Program-made: the position numbers and the translations under genes | Source of the DNA: Fimbriimonadales bacterium | GTDB taxonomy: Bacteria > Armatimonadota > Fimbriimonadia > Fimbriimonadales > JABRVX01 | DNA: 36,699 bases | Reading direction: 5' to 3' | Assembly: GCA_045862955.1 (NCBI GenBank) | Contig: BTVI01000033.1 | Coordinates: forward strand, 1-36,699 | Notes under the pieces: generated by a model | What the model saw: the letters and a program-made list of their open reading frames with translations, nothing else | Told to the model about the DNA's origin: nothing | Database searches by the model: none | In this document: piece by piece, positions 34,548 through 36,699 of the stretch | Position numbering within the stretch: the first letter of the stretch is position 1 | Layout: each line of letters starts with the position of its first letter

Positions 34548-36699
34548 TTACGGGTGGAAGAGTAGAGCGTTCGCCATCTCGATGAGGAGGCACCCGATGG
34601 GCTCCTCGTCGCTATCCACCAGATACCCTCGCTTGCCGCGCACATCGCCTTGCGACAGAAGCTGCACGAAGTCGATGGCTGACGTCCCCACCACCGTCTC
34701 GAACTGGATGAGAGCGTCCAGATCGTTCGGAATGTCCAGCGCCGCATAGAGCGCCGCCGCGACGTCGGGGGCAATCTTGGGTATCTGCGTCCTGCCTGCC
34801 GCGACAGTCGAGAAGTACTCGATGTTGCAGCGGATCAGGTCTCGGGTGAGCCACCTCTCACCGTTGACGATGACCTCCAGATCAACCGTCTCCGGCGGCG
34901 AGATGCGCCCATCGGGCAGTCGTCGGACGAACGTCACAGACAGGTTGTAAGTCGTGTACGGCGGCGAGAACAGCACGCTTCGGTCACCCAGACACAGGCC
35001 GTTCGAGGTTCCGAACGCGATGCTGCAGATGCTGCGGTACAAGTCGTCGTTGGTGGCCTTCTTCAAGCCGCTATCGAAGTTGGTGTTCAGACCCGATCCC
35101 GGCCCGAAGACGAATGCACCACACTTGTACAGCGGTGAGTGCTTCGTAATTCGCACCGCCTGCAGGATCATGTCGTTCAGAGGCTGCCCGTTACATCGCA
35201 GCACGTCCCAGATGGTGATGCCGTCGATGTTGATCACCTCGGGCCGGAACATGCGCCGAAGCACTCCGTCCACCGGGTCCGTGGCCAGATCGCCGCAGAT
35301 TAGGTTCGGAACCTCGATCGGCGGACACTCGAGGGGCAGCAGGTCCACGCAGTAACAGAGCGTGGTCTCGTTGCCGCAATCGTCCACTGCACGGATGCAG
35401 ATGGTGTGCGGACCGAGCGCCAGGCCCTCGGTGTTCCATATCACACTGCCATTCGGGCCGGTGCCGGACGACGGCGTCAGACCTGCCGTACTACCATCAA
35501 CGGTGACGTACCACGTGACATTCGTCAGGTCGCTGATCGAGAACTGGATCGGTATCTCGAGACCCTTCACCTCGGTGCACTGGCCTTGCGGCGGCACGGG
35601 CGGTGTGATCACCGTGATCTCGGGCTTGGTAGTGTCCACGGTGAAGCTCTTGTTGCTCACGCAGACGTTGCCGGCATCATCGGTGACCTCCAGGCGCAAC
35701 GTGTAGCGACCATCCGCCAGCGGGATGCTGGCAGAGAATGGATCTGCGTCCGTGCCACTTGCCACCTCGACCGGACTACCGCCCTCCGGGATGAGAATGA
35801 GCACCCATCGGAAGCCACTGCAGTTGTCGGTAGCACTCCACGTGGCAGTAACCGGGCTCGAGTTCTGGCATCCCTCGGGTGTCAGCAGCGTGCAGCTCGG
35901 CGGAGTGGTATCCACGGTAGTGGTGACCTGATCCGCACCAACGTTGCCACATGCATCCGCTGCCTCGACACGTATCACGTAGGAGCCTTGCGCCAGCACG
36001 TACGGACCGGCAGTGTGCGAACCCTGCGGCAGGTCCGTGAACGTATCGCTCAACACGCCGTTCAAGAACACCCGAACCGTCAGGTTGCCAGGCAGGTTAT
36101 CCGTCACCGTGAAGTCGACGCTGACTGGCGAGGGGATGCAGTCCCCGGACGGCGCCGTGATGCTGACGGTCGGTGGCGTCTCGTCCACCTTGAAGTTGAC
36201 GATGGCGCTAACACCTACGTTGTCGCAGTCGTCGGTCACGCGCACCTGCACCGTGTGTGGCCCATCGCTCAGCGTGAACGGACCCACCGTCTGAGTGCCC
36301 TGCGGACACGGTGCCGCAGTGTGAACTACCACGCCATCTATCAGCACCTCACATCGCTTCAGTGGCCCCGGGAGGTTGTCCGAAGCGGTGAAGGTGATGC
36401 TAACCTGGCGTCCGGTGCACTGACCCTCGGTCGGAAGATCGACGCGGGCGGTCGGCGGCGTGTTGTCCACCTTGAAGTTGACCACCGTGCTGGTACCGAC
36501 ATTGTCGCAGTCGTCTACCGCGCGCACCTGCACCGTGTGAGGACCGTCGGCCAAAGCAAACGGACCCACCGTGTGAGTGCCCTGGTCGCACGGCGCATCG
36601 GTGTGTACCACCACGCCGTCGATCAGCACCTCGCAACGCTTCAGCGGCCCAGGCAGGTTGTCACTGACCGTGTAGGTCACGCTGACAGGGCTCTTCACG
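34548..36699 (-). CDS. Large Ig-like repeat (surface) protein, 5'-truncated by the window edge
   Basis: Repeated V/TDxTPP boundaries and DG.HTV.VRA.D..DN motifs; 282-bp internal repeat; distinct C-terminal domain. Confidence 0.85.
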   Translation of the reverse strand, partial: VKSPVSVTYTVSDNLPGPLKRCEVLIDGVVVHTDAPCDQGTHTVGPFALADGPHTVQVRAVDDCDNVGTSTVVNFKVDNTPPTARVDLPTEGQCTGRQVSITFTASDNLPGPLKRCEVLIDGVVVHTAAPCPQGTQTVGPFTLSDGPHTVQVRVTDDCDNVGVSAIVNFKVDETPPTVSITAPSGDCIPSPVSVDFTVTDNLPGNLTVRVFLNGVLSDTFTDLPQGSHTAGPYVLAQGSYVIRVEAADACGNVGADQVTTTVDTTPPSCTLLTPEGCQNSSPVTATWSATDNCSGFRWVLILIPEGGSPVEVASGTDADPFSASIPLADGRYTLRLEVTDDAGNVCVSNKSFTVDTTKPEITVITPPVPPQGQCTEVKGLEIPIQFSISDLTNVTWYVTVDGSTAGLTPSSGTGPNGSVIWNTEGLALGPHTICIRAVDDCGNETTLCYCVDLLPLECPPIEVPNLICGDLATDPVDGVLRRMFRPEVINIDGITIWDVLRCNGQPLNDMILQAVRITKHSPLYKCGAFVFGPGSGLNTNFDSGLKKATNDDLYRSICSIAFGTSNGLCLGDRSVLFSPPYTTYNLSVTFVRRLPDGRISPPETVDLEVIVNGERWLTRDLIRCNIEYFSTVAAGRTQIPKIAPDVAAALYAALDIPNDLDALIQFETVVGTSAIDFVQLLSQGDVRGKRGYLVDSDEEPIGCLLIEMANALLFHP

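Overview
GC-rich bacterial chromosomal window. It is probably Armatimonadota (Fimbriimonadia-like), inferred from the H-X9-DG prepilin-type proteins and the dockerin-like C-terminal domain. Order of features: tRNA-His preceded by a ~240-nt structured leader; GH35 beta-galactosidase with a frameshifted C-terminal CBM32; an operon of porin, 4Fe-4S protein and Tat-exported molybdoenzyme with no membrane anchor; tdh; a GAF-GAF kinase/receiver pair; an Ig/dockerin-like exported protein; a TPP-riboswitch-controlled operon of pilin-like protein, YkoE-type ECF S component and a second pilin-like protein, followed by a YtcJ-type amidohydrolase; a GH63-like hydrolase; a Cys-less thiolase with a DUF35 partner; a CPBP protease; VOC; a BMP lipoprotein; lpdA; tRNA-Leu(UAA); SpoIID; and a partial large Ig-repeat protein. 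Three ~1.4-1.6 kb non-coding mosaics of palindromic REP-like units are present; two share shuffled spacer modules and flank the CPBP gene. The best candidate for an undescribed system is the TPP-regulated pilin/S-component operon (pilin-assisted thiamine uptake or salvage). Next come the modular repeat arrays and the structured RNA upstream of tRNA-His. All calls are from motif recognition by eye; no database searches were run.
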